Shown: positions 1 to 13,423, counted from the first letter of the stretch. The stretch: 64,000 nt of DNA from Lingula anatina (GCA_051362555.1 CM120646.1:16802001-16866000); one strand, 5' to 3'. Numbers and translations: made by a program. The notes: generated by a model not told the origin, from the sequence alone.

Positions 1-252
1 GAAGGAGAACCACAAAATTATTGTGCTGGAAAATTCATTTCTCTAAGAATGCACACAGTGATTCAGAAATAATCATAAGTATTTGCTGTTTATTATAACT
101 TATACATGTGTACATCACAATGTATTATATATTTTGATGAATTTTAATACATGCACCTTGGTGCTATGCTTCCTAGTAATGTCTGACATCATCCTAAAAG
201 AACCTGTACTGGCTTTGACACCCTGTGGATCAGTGAATACTTTGTTTTCCAG

Positions 253-3200
253 GCTGATAAGCACCACCCTGTCCTGGTGCACATACTAAGCGGTGAACTC
301 GGGGTGACAGCTGACCAGATCATGGACTTTGAGCTCTGTCTGGCAGACACCCAGCCTGCTGTAAGTAAAGGGAATTATCAGAAATTGATGTTTTTGAAGT
401 GGACTGTTTTGCAGTTGGGGGGAGGGAAGTTGGGTGGGGAAATTAAAAAGAAAAAGAAAAATAAAGAGAGCCTTGTAATAACATATAGGGTCCATTTTAA
501 AGATCTTACTCGTACATGTTGGTGTACCATGAAAGCTGACAGCTTTGAAAAGACTTGATAAAATAATTTTGTGATCATATGGTCAAGAAAAAATGTTTTT
601 TTATTATTATTAATTAATTCATTGTAATTTCATTTAAGTGTCTAGGAGGAGCATTGAATGAGTTCATCTTTGCTCCAAGATTGGATAACCTGTTGAATGC
701 TTACACTGCAATGGAGGTAGGATATTTCAATTCTGTGATGCTCCAAATATAAAGTGCTGTCTTTTGTTTACTTGGATGATTTTATTGACTCGTGTTATAT
801 TTTTTACAATTTATGACTAAAATACATAAATTTCTGTCTGACATAGCTGAGGCAAAAAAGATGAATATCAAATCTATACCAGATGAATTCTTGGAACCAG
901 TTATTCAGTTGCAATATATATATTATCATTTTGTAGATATTTTTGGTAAGTCCCATTTTGACTTAAAATTTTTCAACCATTCAAACACTGCACCTAAACA
1001 GCGATTCCAGATTTTTATTGATAATTTGCTCTGGACAGTTATTTGTCGATATTAAATTTAAAATTAAGAAACATCAGTGGAAGATGCCATTGTTTCAATA
1101 ACTGTAATATATTCTATTCCAGGGTCTGCTGGATGCATGCAATAATGAAACACTACAACAAGATCCCAACATAAGAATGATCAGCCTTTTTGATAATGAG
1201 GAGGTATGCACTAAGCTGAATTATTGTTATTTTGGTATTTAATTTTATTTTGCACTTTATTGCAACATAAAAGAACCTTTTTTACTGCAAGATAAGCATA
1301 TAGATACCAAACAATGGTCCAGAGGAATAAATGAACATGCATGATGAAAAAAAAATAATGTAAATGGCTTACTAGTCTTTTTCTCTTCCTGAATAAGTAA
1401 TTTACAACCAGTGACAGTCTCAGTGACAGTCAAAGTTGCAAACCATCCAAAAGGGTTAAACGACTTCTTACTCCTCCTGTAATGCTTGTAGATATATTGT
1501 CTAAGATTTTCAAAAGTATTTGTTTTGCTACGGTTTACCCACAGTTTACTTTCTCCTCCCAGGTTGGTTCCCAGAGTGCCCAGGGAGCAGGATCTACATT
1601 TCAAGAGTTGGTTCTCAGAAGAATCAGTGGCCCCACCCCTGGGAGCTTTGAGATTGCAATGCCAAGGTCACTCATGGTCAGTGCTGACCAGGCACACGCT
1701 GTCCACCCAAATTACAGGTCAGACTGGATTTTGTACCAATGTTATGGACATGTGTATTCCGTTTTTGCTTACACAACTTGGTACATGTATACGGTGGCCA
1801 TTTTCACAGTAAAACTATAGACCAAATGTTATTCTTAACTTTAACAGAGAAACTGGTCAGTATCACTTCAGGAGAAATCTACTGTAATAGGTGTAAACTA
1901 GTGGTTATTTCTTGCTTGTGATAACACGGGTGCTATATTTCAATCAGACTTTTCCTGATTAATCTTCAGTCAAAATACTAAGACTAACATTCTGTTCTGA
2001 AAGCGTGGACCAGCCTTTGTAAACAGTTCTAAAGTTCTTTCATGCTGCAGTCTCCATGTTAGCAAGTTTTCCTTTTAAACATATATTAGCAGCTCACATG
2101 TTTCATGTCATTCCAGTGAGAAGCATGAAGACCAGCACAGACCTGGTCTTCATAAGGTAAGCAGTCAAGCTAAAGAAGTACACTATGTATTTATAATATA
2201 AAAAGGTGCATTTTTTTAAATAAGAGTTCTCAGAGGAAATTAATGAGTGCAAATGCTGTAGTCAGCAGTACAAAGGATTAAAGTTGTTTTTTTTATATGA
2301 GTGCTTTTTGGTTCTTTCTGTATTAGATGAACATGGTTGCCTACTAAATTTTGATATAAAGAAAAATTGACATAATATATGAAAGGGAACAAAAGAAACC
2401 ATGTTGATAATAAGCTTGGGTTTATGAAGAGTTCTTCAATGTACATGTTATGTCTTTTGTGTGTTACAGGGCATTGTAGTGAAGCATAATGCCAATCAGA
2501 GATATGCAACCACTGCTGTTACAGCGGCCATTTTGAGAGAGGTCGCCACCAGGTCACATGTCCCTCTTCAGGTATTCTGATATTACCAATCCCAGTCTGT
2601 AAGACCTGTGTATTTGTTTTCTCCATTTAAAGGGGTAGTTCGTGATCATGTTTCAGATATTTTACGGGCATATTGATGCCGTTACTTTAAAATGACCACA
2701 TTTGAAGTTCTTGTTGTTGCATAAGTGGCAGTGCACATGACCACAATTAAAATCAGAATTTTGTAAACCGTTCTTTGGATGAAAGTAATAAGGCAGTTAT
2801 AGCCAACCTAAATGAGATTGCAGTTATCAATCAGTCTAGTTACATGAAATTCCATCAAATCATAATGTGTTCATTTATTTTCAGGATTTTGTAGTTAGGA
2901 ATGACTCACCATGTGGCAGCACTATCGGCCCCATCATGTCTGCCAAGCTGGGCATGCCTACTGTTGATATAGGTGGACCACAACTTAGCATGCATTCCAT
3001 TAGAGAGATGTGTTGTACCTCCTCTGTCCTGCAGTCAATTAAACTTTACAAGGTAAAGAATTATAGTGCCATCTTGCACCCCGTCTATTAACCTCCCTCC
3101 CCGAAAAAAAATATATATTGCTTTCATGTACATTCAAATGTTGGGTGATTTTAAGATGAAAAGAGCAAGATGGCTTTATTCCAGATAAAAAAATAACAAC

Positions 3201-3355
3201 TGAACTATTAAAATTTTAAAGCATTTCTTTTTTTTACCCTTTCCTACACAATATATTAACTGATGTTGAATGTATGTAAATTTGATAAGTTTTGTTTATT
3301 GTTTCAGGGATTCTTCGAGTTCTTTCCAGAAATATATGCATCTTCAAACCTCTAA
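253..3355 (+). CDS. DNPEP: Aspartyl aminopeptidase (M18 family), 3' part; 5' exons lie upstream of the window
   Basis: Eight GT-AG exons join in frame: 253-360, 639-716, 1123-1203, 1563-1717, 2117-2156, 2470-2571, 2885-3052, 3308-3355 (TAA). The translation contains M18 motifs [63 protein letters not shown] and [10 protein letters not shown], and ends [21 protein letters not shown] at 3443-3448. Confidence 0.97.
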
Positions 3356-4830
3356 TCACTAGGCTAAAATCATCAAAGCTGTCGTACAGTGGATTGAAAG
3401 CAGATATATATATACATCTTACCAGTGTCTTGAATGTGAGGCAATAAAAGACAACCAAAGGAACAGTTATAAAGACATTAAATTTATGTCATTTCTGCTA
3501 TGATTAGTTATGCCTGAGTCAAGTTCTTGATGAAGATGGAAATGATCATAAGTCAAAACTACCCTATTATAGATCCATTTTTCTCTAGATGTTTACAGAT
3601 AATTCTTTTCACTTTTTTTTTGAAGACAATTATTAGCATAAAACTAAAAAAAAAATATTTAACTTGCGACTTTACACCTGCAGATGATATATTTAAAGTA
3701 GATTTTCTTCAATATGTTTACTAACTACCTCAAAGCAAAATAGTGAATTTTCAACATTTCCTGTATATTTACACATTCTTTTTAGTAATGTTTGATGTAG
3801 TTGAATCACTATTTTGTTACCTTCCAGTTGCATATGCATTCCATACTTTTTAATCGATTCAGAAGAATCAACCCATTTAATGTGAAAATTGTCTTTGGGA
3901 TTGCATTATCGCATACCATCTTTGCACTATTGTCTACATATTTATGAGACTTGAAGATTTGATGCTTAATTGTGTCCTTTTCTCTTTTTCTATTTATCAC
4001 TTTGCAATATCAATAAAAATATACTGATATTCATTAAACAAAGTGTTTTATGTATACAAAGCCAGTGATAGATTTACTTTTAAGTACACTTGTTTATGAG
4101 TGGTATTTAATTCAGATTTCCCAGTAATTGTAATGAAATCATACAAGAACCTGTTCTCTTTGTATTTGTCACACTTGATTGCTGAACTATTGATAGTTTT
4201 TGAAATACGTCAATTCATAAGACTGTATTGTGAACATAACAGCTAGTACATATTTTAGAAATATCAAGTTAGACAGTATGTATAAAGGCCTGCTTAATTT
4301 AATACTGCATAAAGTAGCATACACTCAACACTGGGCCATTTGATCGTTGAGATGTAAACATGCAAACTGTACCTCTGGCGAATGTCCATCCATTCTTAAT
4401 GTCACTGGGGGCATCATTTGAAGGGAAACACAGCCCTCCGTTTAAATCTTTCCCTTTTTGCCCCATTTCAACTTAATATTTTTTATTCAAATTACTTGTA
4501 TTCAGACATGTTTTCAAAATTATTTTTGCATTGGTTCTGGCCAATAATGTACCATCACAGTCTTTTTGCAAGATCTTCAACTTACATCACATTTTCTGTA
4601 TGACTAATAAAGTTTAAATGTTTTGTTCATGGCTATATGGAGGTCACATAATGCTAATCAAAGTCAAAAACTGCTTTTGTTTGATAGAAAAATGCCCCCT
4701 ACAATTGCCCTAAAATGTTCCAACTACACAGGTTAGTATGAGAGAGCACTCGTTTAGTCTTGAGATCGTGATTAAGGATTTCATTTTCAAAATTCTCCAA
4801 TGCCTGATCAAGTCTCCCTGCTGACTGGAC

Positions 4831-7800
4831 TTAATCCATCTTCTTCTGTTTGGCGAGGTACTCTTTGTACTGCTTATCAGTGCCGCAGATTTTGTCCCAG
4901 TATGTGAAAGTGGAGGAGTAATTGCCCACAAAATTCATGTGGTGGAAATCATGGGCTTTGGCCCCTGAAAAATGAAGTCAGTGCATTGCCTAGTATATAG
5001 TTACAATTTTTATCATAGTGTACTTCAACCTATATTTTTAATGTAAGAGTTATATCGTTGCCACGGTTATATTCATTTGTGGCTTTTGATTTAAAAAAAT
5101 GCTTGTAATGTTACACAGGTAAAGATTCAAGATGCTGCATTGCGTGTTATTACTTATTTTACATCTTTAATCCTCATCTGTAAGTCTTTTATTCAAATTT
5201 GGCTTTAAAATTTCATTTTGAAATCGGTGCAGAATTGAAGAAATTGCTTGAACCCTTTGCTCCATCTTGCAAAAAAAAAAAAAAAAAAATCTTATTGAGA
5301 ACATAACTGTTCATAGATGGATGAGGAAGGGAGTGCATTATCCAAGAAACGTTTTTAAATCTGACCCTCTCCACCTACACTCCCCCTGCCCATAAATACA
5401 TAAATTTATAAGATGTCAAATTTACACACACATTTCGCAAACACTGATATATATATATATATATTATATACAGTATATGACATGTCAGTCTGCTTGGAGT
5501 TGAATTTCAACCGTGGCCCCAACTACCCTTGTACATAATATTCAGACATTCAGTACATATACCTACCTCCATAAAAAGGGATAAGGTGAAAGAGATGGGG
5601 GACGTCGTATCCAGTGTGGACATCAATGGTCTCCATGAGGCGGAAAGCCACCCAAACCCACAACAGGACAAAGTGGGTGCAGAACAAAAGAATAGGGATG
5701 AAAAATCCCATGCCCAAAACTGAAATAGAAACACCATGGTAATTGATCTGTCATTTTGACAATTAGGGACTGGTATGTGTAAGAGTGTGTGTTCTTAAAC
5801 AATGAAAAACAAAAATGACCCAATTGCCACTATGAATGCACTTTTTTTTTTCATCTAGTATTGGCAAATTAATTCTATTTTAGGGTACTTCATAAGGAAC
5901 TGGCACAGATTTGGGTTCAGTCTTCATCCCATATGATGAATTGTCAGTAACTGGAACCATGGCTTCAATAAGATCCTGGACCAATTAAATACACAGCTCA
6001 GCTGTATACCACCTCATTACATATATAATGCAATACATCTTACCATGATAAATTCATTTCAAATGGTGTGTGTATGTGTTTTACTCTATACTGATCCAAT
6101 TTTATTAATTTTTTTAAATGTCATTTCTCTTTTAGTTGTTTTTTCCCAATTTTTTTAAATTTTGTTTTATTTCATGACTATTTATTTTTCATTTGGTGCG
6201 TTTGGTAAGACTGGGGAGACTCACTTAATGTTTCTGCTGGGTGGGCATACTCTGCAACCATACCCATAGGTGCCTGGGGAGAACAGAACAGCATTTGAAA
6301 ATGAAGGTTTTGACAGAAAAAAAGTTTAAGATGCTGATTAAAATAGTGAGCCCAGGTGGAATAATTAGTACAAATAAACAGCAAAAATTGGATATGAAAT
6401 ATTAGTTTTTAGTAATTTGTTCTGGAATTTTTCACACTAAGTCTTCAAAATCATTATACTGGCTAAGAATGTCTGACGGGAGAATTAAGAACATCTACCT
6501 GTCTATTTCATCAATATTCAAAGTTTCCAAAATAGTCAATAAATTGAAAAAATAAATAAATAGATAAATCATTTGTAAATGTAAATATACCGAGTAACGG
6601 TGGTGAATCTTGTGTATATGTTTATAGATACTCTTGTGGTGGAGTGCCCTGTGGAGCCAGTAATGCCAAGTGTCCTCTATCACAAAACAGCCCAGGACTT
6701 GTGCCATCAATATATACCTGGAAATACAACACAGACCCAATAATGATAATATAACTATTAAGTTTAATTATTTATTAAAGGGAACCCTCAGATTCTAATC
6801 TAGTATGTGGTAGTTTCTTCACAACCTGAATATTAAAGATTACAGTAATGATTCAATCTTTTCAATAGGTAAAAATGATCAAACTTTCATATATATTATT
6901 CTATTATCATGAAAGCTGTACTTCTATATAGCATTTGTGGTGCTTTTGCTGCATAGAGTAGAACTACAGAGTACCCTGCTTTTAATTTAAGATATGTTAA
7001 ATAGGAATGTTTTAATTTTAAAAAATTATGACTAAAAAATATACAGTATCTGTAAAATTCACCCCCCCTTCCCTGATTGAAAAGATCAAGAAATAGCCAT
7101 ACTGAAAATTCCCCTCCATTATCAGAATGGCTGTGGTGAGTTTTTGGCAATCTCCAATCCTCAGGGTATGGTTATTTTATGCACATATTATGGAAATTTG
7201 AAAATGAAGAAGTAAGCAGACATCACATTTGAAACTCTAAGTACTAAGGTGAAAATAGTACTGGATTCTAAAGCTGCTTAATCACCAACATTTCACCTTA
7301 TCAACAGTTACTAACTAGTACATGTACATGTAACATGACAGGAATTTCAGACCAACTTCAAACTTGGACTTTGGACTGGATAGCATTGATGAACTAAGCT
7401 TAGTGACTGAATGTCTGGCAATTTTATCATTTTCAATATCGACTCCACATGACACTCTTGTGATCCAAATGACAACTACCAAATACATACAATTACCGTG
7501 ATCTCCCAAATTTAGAATTCATACATTAATAAGCTTCTGCTTGGTGTGTGCCTGGAGAGAGAGAGGGAGAGAGAGGGGAAAAAAGATGGGGGTAGGTAAA
7601 ATTACCATGCTGGCATCTCTTCCCAACTGTAAGGAATGTTGAAGTATTCCGTGTATGCAAAAGTTCCCAACATCAGGGGGAACTGAAATGAAGCAATCAA
7701 ATTTAATCATGTCAATTCATACAATAATGTGTCAATGTAATCTGATAAATAAGATATGCTATCTTCATAATAATAATAATGTGAAATATATCAAAATCAT

Positions 7801-9033
7801 GTTCTGAAATTCCTGCATATGCAACAGAAAAAATGTAATATCATTGGAAAAAAGCGAGTCATCAAAATTTTTTTAAATGTTTTAAAGGTGACAATTAAAA
7901 CTAGATCAGTTATCATAAATCAGGTGACAGTCTACCTGTTGGAAAGGGTCCACACACGGCTGTATGGCAACAACAACAACACTTACGTGTATTACATTAT
8001 CAACATTTACCTGCAGGAAATCATGTACACTTACCTGTATAACAAAGTGACTGAAGAGTAACATTTTAAAGCAATCCCACTGCCGTTCTTCTTTCCTGTC
8101 CTAAAGCAAAGAATAACTAAAGATATTAAGATATGCATGATTTAAGAATAGGTATGTCACAAAGCTAGGATCAATTTAACTTAAAATATTTTGCATCAAT
8201 CTATTGCTACATTTGCATAGAATGAAATGGACTTTTAAATGGTAGTTATTATCATTAATGTTATTTTCATTAATATCAAGTTTCTTGGTACTAGAGGTTA
8301 ATGTACAGTCAATTTTGGTCTCAAGTTCTCAAGCACCCTAAAATCAAGTAAGGGATCTTTTCTGATATAAAATCTGTTTCTTTGTCATAATTGCAATGCA
8401 TACTCATGACAAATCCACAAACTACTGAGCGCATACCCCCAGTACCAGTACAAAATAATAAAAATAAAAAGACCAGCATCAAATAGAATACAATAAATAT
8501 AAAGAAAAAAAAATTACCTGTTGTATTTTGTATCTCTGCATGAAAGGTATGAATTGGAATAAATATGCAGGTAGACATATCAACACATAGAGGACCTTAA
8601 AATAAATGTATCATTATTAATTTTAAAATATTAATAAATATTAGCCTAATATTTTAAAAAAATATATAAGGTCAATGAGGCACTTTTTACACTTGTACTT
8701 TACCCTTCTCTATTCTGGCAGCGTTCTTTATTGAGTATACTGAAGATAATCTGATTTTGAAAGCAAAAATGATGTTTTGTAATTACAAGTAATTAAAATT
8801 TGACATTCTTATTCAAATTTTCTTATTAATATTTTCGTCTTTTATTCATCTAGACTGTCACTTACTTCATGGACAATCAGAGAGCCCCAAAGAGCAATTT
8901 GAGGCTTAGTGTAAGTGTCCAACATGTAGTTCCAGCCATTCTTCAGAGGGTCTCTTAGAGGGTTTTCAGGCAAGCTCTCCAAGTATTCTGTCGCTATCGT
9001 CAGAGATGACAGTATTGTCCCATTGGGATCCAT
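4831..9033 (-). CDS. MSMO1: Methylsterol monooxygenase 1 (sterol C4-methyl oxidase, ERG25/SC4MOL), about 283 aa
   Basis: Eight coding exons: 9033-8866, 8595-8518, 8100-8035, 7682-7606, 6717-6591, 6273-6225, 5719-5567, 4964-4831. All junctions are GT-AG and phase-compatible (852 nt). His boxes [15 protein letters not shown] and HDFHH; motifs [27 protein letters not shown]; C-terminal KKMD dilysine ER-retrieval signal. Confidence 0.96.
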
Positions 9034-9201
9034 GTTGACACAGACGTCAGCCTTTTCTATCGGCGTCTAAATTGTCACCAAAATCAGAGAAATCCACGCA
9101 ACAAACTCTCCAGGCGGCTACCGACAACGTCTGACATAACAGGTAGAACTGCGGCAGGTTTGTTTACCTTTGATGCGAGTGCCTAGGCCGAATGTTAGAG
9201 C

Positions 9202-9233
9202 TCGCCTGATTGGTCAACCTGAATCGCCTGATG
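9202..9233 (-). promoter_or_regulatory. Putative MSMO1 proximal promoter: CCAAT box overlapping a repeated ATCAGGCGA element
   Basis: The minus strand reads CCAATCAGGCGA at 9213-9202 and has a second ATCAGGCGA at 9232-9224, 170-200 bp upstream of the ATG. NF-Y plus SREBP control of sterol genes is established; the assignment here is inference. Confidence 0.3.
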
Positions 9234-9510
9234 AAAATCTGCCGATACCACGGCGCAGGCACATGCATGCATTCGATGTACAGTGTATACTACAGTCTAA
9301 GAAATATATATCTAGTCAGCCGACTATTCTATCTAGGATCACAAGTGTGCACAGAATTGATTATAACTGATGATGAAACTTAATAGGTCATGTATCATGA
9401 TAACTGTATCGCTGGACCCCGACCCCCAAAATGTAGGCCCTACACATGATAAGCCTACAGGTAGCTCTTAGACTACGGTTTTGAAATTACACACATATTT
9501 GGGTCTCCTA

Positions 9511-9512
9511 AT

Positions 9513-9551
<39 letters not shown>

Positions 9552-9600
9552 TTATTATTATTAGGCCTATTATTATTATTATTATTATTTTTTTTTTTTT
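9511..9600. repeat. (TTTA)n/(TTA)n microsatellite followed by poly-T
   Basis: Read directly. Confidence 0.9.
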
Positions 9601-9731
9601 GGGGGGGGTTGCTACTGGTACAGGCGCATAGGCCTAGGCCTACTAAGTAGGCCCTATATTAGGCCCTAGGGGGTTTTCTGGTAGCCTATAGACCAACTGC
9701 AAATTAATCTGTAAAATAGTAGGCCCTACCC

Positions 9732-9889
9732 GGGGGTGTCTCGATAGTCTGAAGGTTCATTGGTCCGAAAAGTGGTAACATTTTTATCGATTTTTTAATC
9801 AGGGGTTCATTGGTCCGAAGGTTCTATAGTGAACATTCGGACCAATGAACCTTCGGACTATTGAACCTTCGGACTATCGCTACGGCCCC
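9732..9889. mobile_element. MITE with TIRs built from ~15-bp GAAGGTTCATTGGTCC-type subrepeats, 8-bp TSD
   Basis: The left end GGGGTGTCTCGATAGTCTGAAGGTTCATTGGTCCGAA is the imperfect inverse of the right end TTCGGACCAATGAACCTTCGGACTATTGAACCTTCGGACTATCGCTACGGCCCC. CCCTACCC flanks both sides (9724-9731, 9890-9897). Confidence 0.8.
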
Positions 9890-10164
9890 CCCTACCCAAG
9901 CTATAGACAAGAAGAATGTTCTCTTGCTATTTTTCTCTCCATTTTCTTTTTCCCTTTCTCTATAGGCCTACAGACATAGGCCTTATATTTGGTTAGGCTA
10001 CCTAGGCCTACATGTAGACCTATTAATTAGCATTCTAATCAATTGTTTTTTTACTAATTATCATTTCAATTGGCTACAGGTATCCCATCCGGATTTTTCC
10101 GACCAAATCATTGAAATGTTAATAATAAAAATTGTTTTATTGTTTTAATGTTTGGATTACTGTA

Positions 10165-12441
10165 GGAGGGGTCCTTAGATAACCTTTTTCCCCAAAACCA
10201 TGTCAAAACCACCTAAAAAGATGCTTATACATCTTAAAAACAAACTACAAAAAACCAAATTAGTCAATCTCTATTATCAGAGCTGCTACTTGGGTTTTAG
10301 TTTTTTGGAGAAAAATCGCTAAAAATACTTAAACTCTGTATTTTGTAAAATATGATGGTTTTTCATATCAATGTTTATGCTTACATTTTAACACAAATTT
10401 CATTGTGACTAACAATTCTGACATAAAGACGGACTAAATATATAGGAAAACTAAACTGAATGTTCTAACCCCTAGATAATGATTCATAATAGGTTCAAAA
10501 TGACAGGAATTCAATAAGAATTCAATTCACTAAAAATTCAATGCTTTTTGGACTCTTAAGTCAGTTAGCGTTATGGTGGATATTTAGTTCTTTTCCCAAC
10601 AACTTTTTCAAGTTCATTCCAAACTGTTCTGGAGTTAACATCCTTCTCTTCCCTCCATCAGTATTGAATATCCTGAAGACAGGACTACATTTTGGCAGTG
10701 ATATGGATGTGTCTCTAGCGTATGAGACTCCCCCCCCCCCCCCATGAAATTTTGACTCATCCTACAGAACTTTATCAATCTTATTTTATTTGAGTATATG
10801 ACTTTTATCTTGTAGTATGCATGATAGAGGATACATTGGCACTTTTTGCTAGTTTGCAGGTGAAAGTTTTCATGAGAATAGATGAAAATTAAAAATGTGT
10901 ACTCTACCAAACAATGAATCCCCTATGGAAAAGCTGTTTATTTGAAATTTGGTGATATTTGATATTTTCCCAATTTTTTTACCAACAAACTTTCAAATAC
11001 TAACAAAATATATGTCACAATGCAAACTATGTGGAAAATAATGGTATGGTGAATAAATATAAAATTGGACTTTTTCTTCATGGGAATCTAAATACCATAG
11101 AAAATGGAGATTTTTCAAGATTTTTTTTTTCATTTTTTTCACCCAATATTTTACAATCAAACTTTCTAATATTTCCAATATATTCTTAATAAAGTATACT
11201 TAAAGGAAAGATGATGAAATGATCATTAAATATCAAATAAATAGCTTTTTCATAGGGGAGTCTTTGGGTTGTAGAGGTCATATACTCAAATAAGATTTAT
11301 AAAGGTTTGTAGGGGGGAGTCAAAATTTCATGGGGGGAGTCAGATTTTCATTATGAAATTTTGACTGGGGAAGTCAGATTTTCATGTTACACTGGTGTTC
11401 AGTAGAAACAGTTTTCGTTAATTTGCTAGTTTCTTTCAGCACAGTCCCTCAAGCCACAGCCTCTAGTTTTGGTTTCTTCCTCAATCTTTGATCGGTGTCA
11501 CCTCACTGCCTTTCCATTTGAAGGTTGTGGACAGGATCTCATCTATGTTTTCACACTGATCAAACACAGGATATTTAACTGGATATTCAATAATTCCATA
11601 GTATTTTCTGCATTGCATAGCCAGAACCTTTGCCATTTCTGGTAATATCTTCTTTGTCAAAGCTATGCACTCATTCAGATGTGCACTAGCACATCGTTTC
11701 ACACTCTCAACTACATGTCCTCAGTAGGCCATAGTTATCTTTCACTTCCTGGAATAATTCTTGGTTGAAACAGGAAAACTCAGGAGCATCTAGCTGAAAG
11801 AAATTCTCATTTACCTCATTTCTACTCAGCTCTAGATGTAATGATTGAAACTTTTCTTTCAGTTTTCTGTGTGTTGCACCCCTGGATATTGTTATGGCAT
11901 GAAACTAATTGAATGCTACAACAGCAGCAACTATTCTGATATATCCCAATGCCAGAACACCTCTTACAAGACAAGCTAGATGCCATCATTGTCTAGCTAG
12001 TTATTCAGTAATACAGTATAGATACCCTAAAAAGATAATGAAATCATGAGAAATCTAAAAGGAAAAATGCCATCAAAACTATTAATGATGAATTACCATG
12101 TTAATGAAATTGATATAAGGTGTCAATGCCACCATGATTTTGAATATTTCACTACCTTTTTACACAAATTCCCTAAAAACCAAATAAGAAACCCATCTAT
12201 TTGGTTTTGGTGAGTCTGAAATAACTTGTCAGGCCTATATAACTTTCATTCATGTTGTAGGAAGACAGTCCCAAAACAGTAGAAAATAGTGCTAAAATGC
12301 TAAAAATCGCGTAATCATAAAATGCAAGTAGCAGCTGGGTTAACAATGATCTTTCAAAAAGAACATTTGAAATATTGTTTTTAGGTGTGTAAGGAACTTT
12401 TTAGCTGGTTTTGACATATTTTTGGAATTATGGACCCCCCC
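10165..12441 (-). mobile_element. Decayed TIR DNA transposon (~2.3 kb) with remnants of a disrupted ORF
   Basis: Imperfect TIRs of about 70 bp: GGAGGGGTCC...CATGTCAAAACCACCTAAAAAG...TAAAAACAA at the left, and its inverse TTGTTTTTAGG...CTTTTTAGCTGGTTTTGACATA...GGACCCCCCC at the right. The minus strand has protein-like text broken by stops and a frameshift (...YPVFDQCENIDE/PVHNLQMERQ*GDTDQRLRKKPKLEAVA*...), resuming near 10720 as YARDTSISLPKCSPVFRIFNTDGGKRRMLTPEQFGMNLKKLLGK. Superfamily not assigned. Confidence 0.65.
10722..11394. mobile_element. Nested foldback/MITE-like element with long internal inverted repeats, left end truncated
   Basis: 10722-10965 (GACTCCCCC..CATGAAATTTTGACTC..TTTGAGTATATGAC..CCCCTATGGAAAAGCT..TTTATTTGA) is the inverse of 11215-11345. 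The right end carries repeated AGTCA(G/A)A(A/T)TTTCAT units and ends GTTACACTGG. It interrupts the host element's ORF remnant. Confidence 0.65.
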
Positions 12442-12557
12442 TAGGATTAGGAAAGATAACTGGCAGGATATGTAAGATGTCGGTGTGTGGTCTTTGGCTT
12501 ATAAGCTGATGACTTAACAGCAGTGTTTTATTTGTTAAAAACTGAAGTATAGGCTAT

Positions 12558-12590
12558 CAAGAAGTTATAATGATCATTTATAACTTCTTG
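12558..12590. mobile_element. 33-bp hairpin micro-element with 7-bp flanking direct repeat
   Basis: CAAGAAGTTATAA-TGATCAT-TTATAACTTCTTG has perfect 13-bp arms and is flanked by AGGCTAT at 12551-12557 and 12591-12597. Confidence 0.65.
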
Positions 12591-13423
12591 AGGCTATATA
12601 TTGCTTTTAAACAGATCTTCCTTACCAGAACAGCTACACGTGTATACCATTTTTACGCCTATTTATATTTACAAACATGAGTAGGCCTACTACTACAATT
12701 TGGTGCCAGGGAATTTTCTTGAAAGGTGTAGCCTACACGTAGGCCTACTTTTGATTGTATCAGTAGAGGCGATATACATGTATAGGCCTATGCCTTTCTA
12801 AAGGAATATCGTAAAAAGGGGCAAAAGATATTTTAAAACAAACGTTGGTGCCAGTTTTTTAAACCACCATACCAATGTTCATGATGATATCTTAAGCCTA
12901 CTCAGTGACAGTGTTAGAGTCGGAAACCGATTACTCACTACAGTATCTCAATTGGATTTACAAAACAACAAAATATTTTAGTGCGCAAAGCAAAGAAAAT
13001 AATAAAAAGGCATTTGTTACGGTATCAAGTAGAGAAAGAACACTAATACGTTGTATAATCATGATGAATATATAGGCAAAAATACAAAACGGGATATATG
13101 AAGAAAAGTGCACCCAATTAACCATAGTCTTAAAATTTAAAGAAAATCATATACGAAGCAATAATAAAAGGTGGCTTCCAGTGATCTACAATAGATTTAA
13201 TAAATGAAATTTAATTCATGTTGAAACATTCTCTTTGAAGAAAAAAATATGTAAAACGCAAGCAATTTGTGAGAAAAGTTATAGCCTACCACTTCAGCCT
13301 CGTGTCCCGTCTTAAAGACCCAAACATCCTTCATTGTTTGTTTTCTGCCTTATCATCCACCCCCAAGACATGGCGGGCACACGTGCAAGTGCTAATCATC
13401 AAAGACCAACGCCATTGCCGAAG

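Noticed and set aside
4418-4712. Possible Kolobok-like MITE between DNPEP and MSMO1 (also TTAAAGGG starts near 2626 and 6775)
   Set aside because: No matching second TIR or intact TTAA duplication could be established by eye.
9732-9889. Short regularly spaced repeats resembling a CRISPR array
   Set aside because: The repeats occur in both orientations, lack unique spacers and are bounded by a TSD; eukaryotic context with no cas genes.
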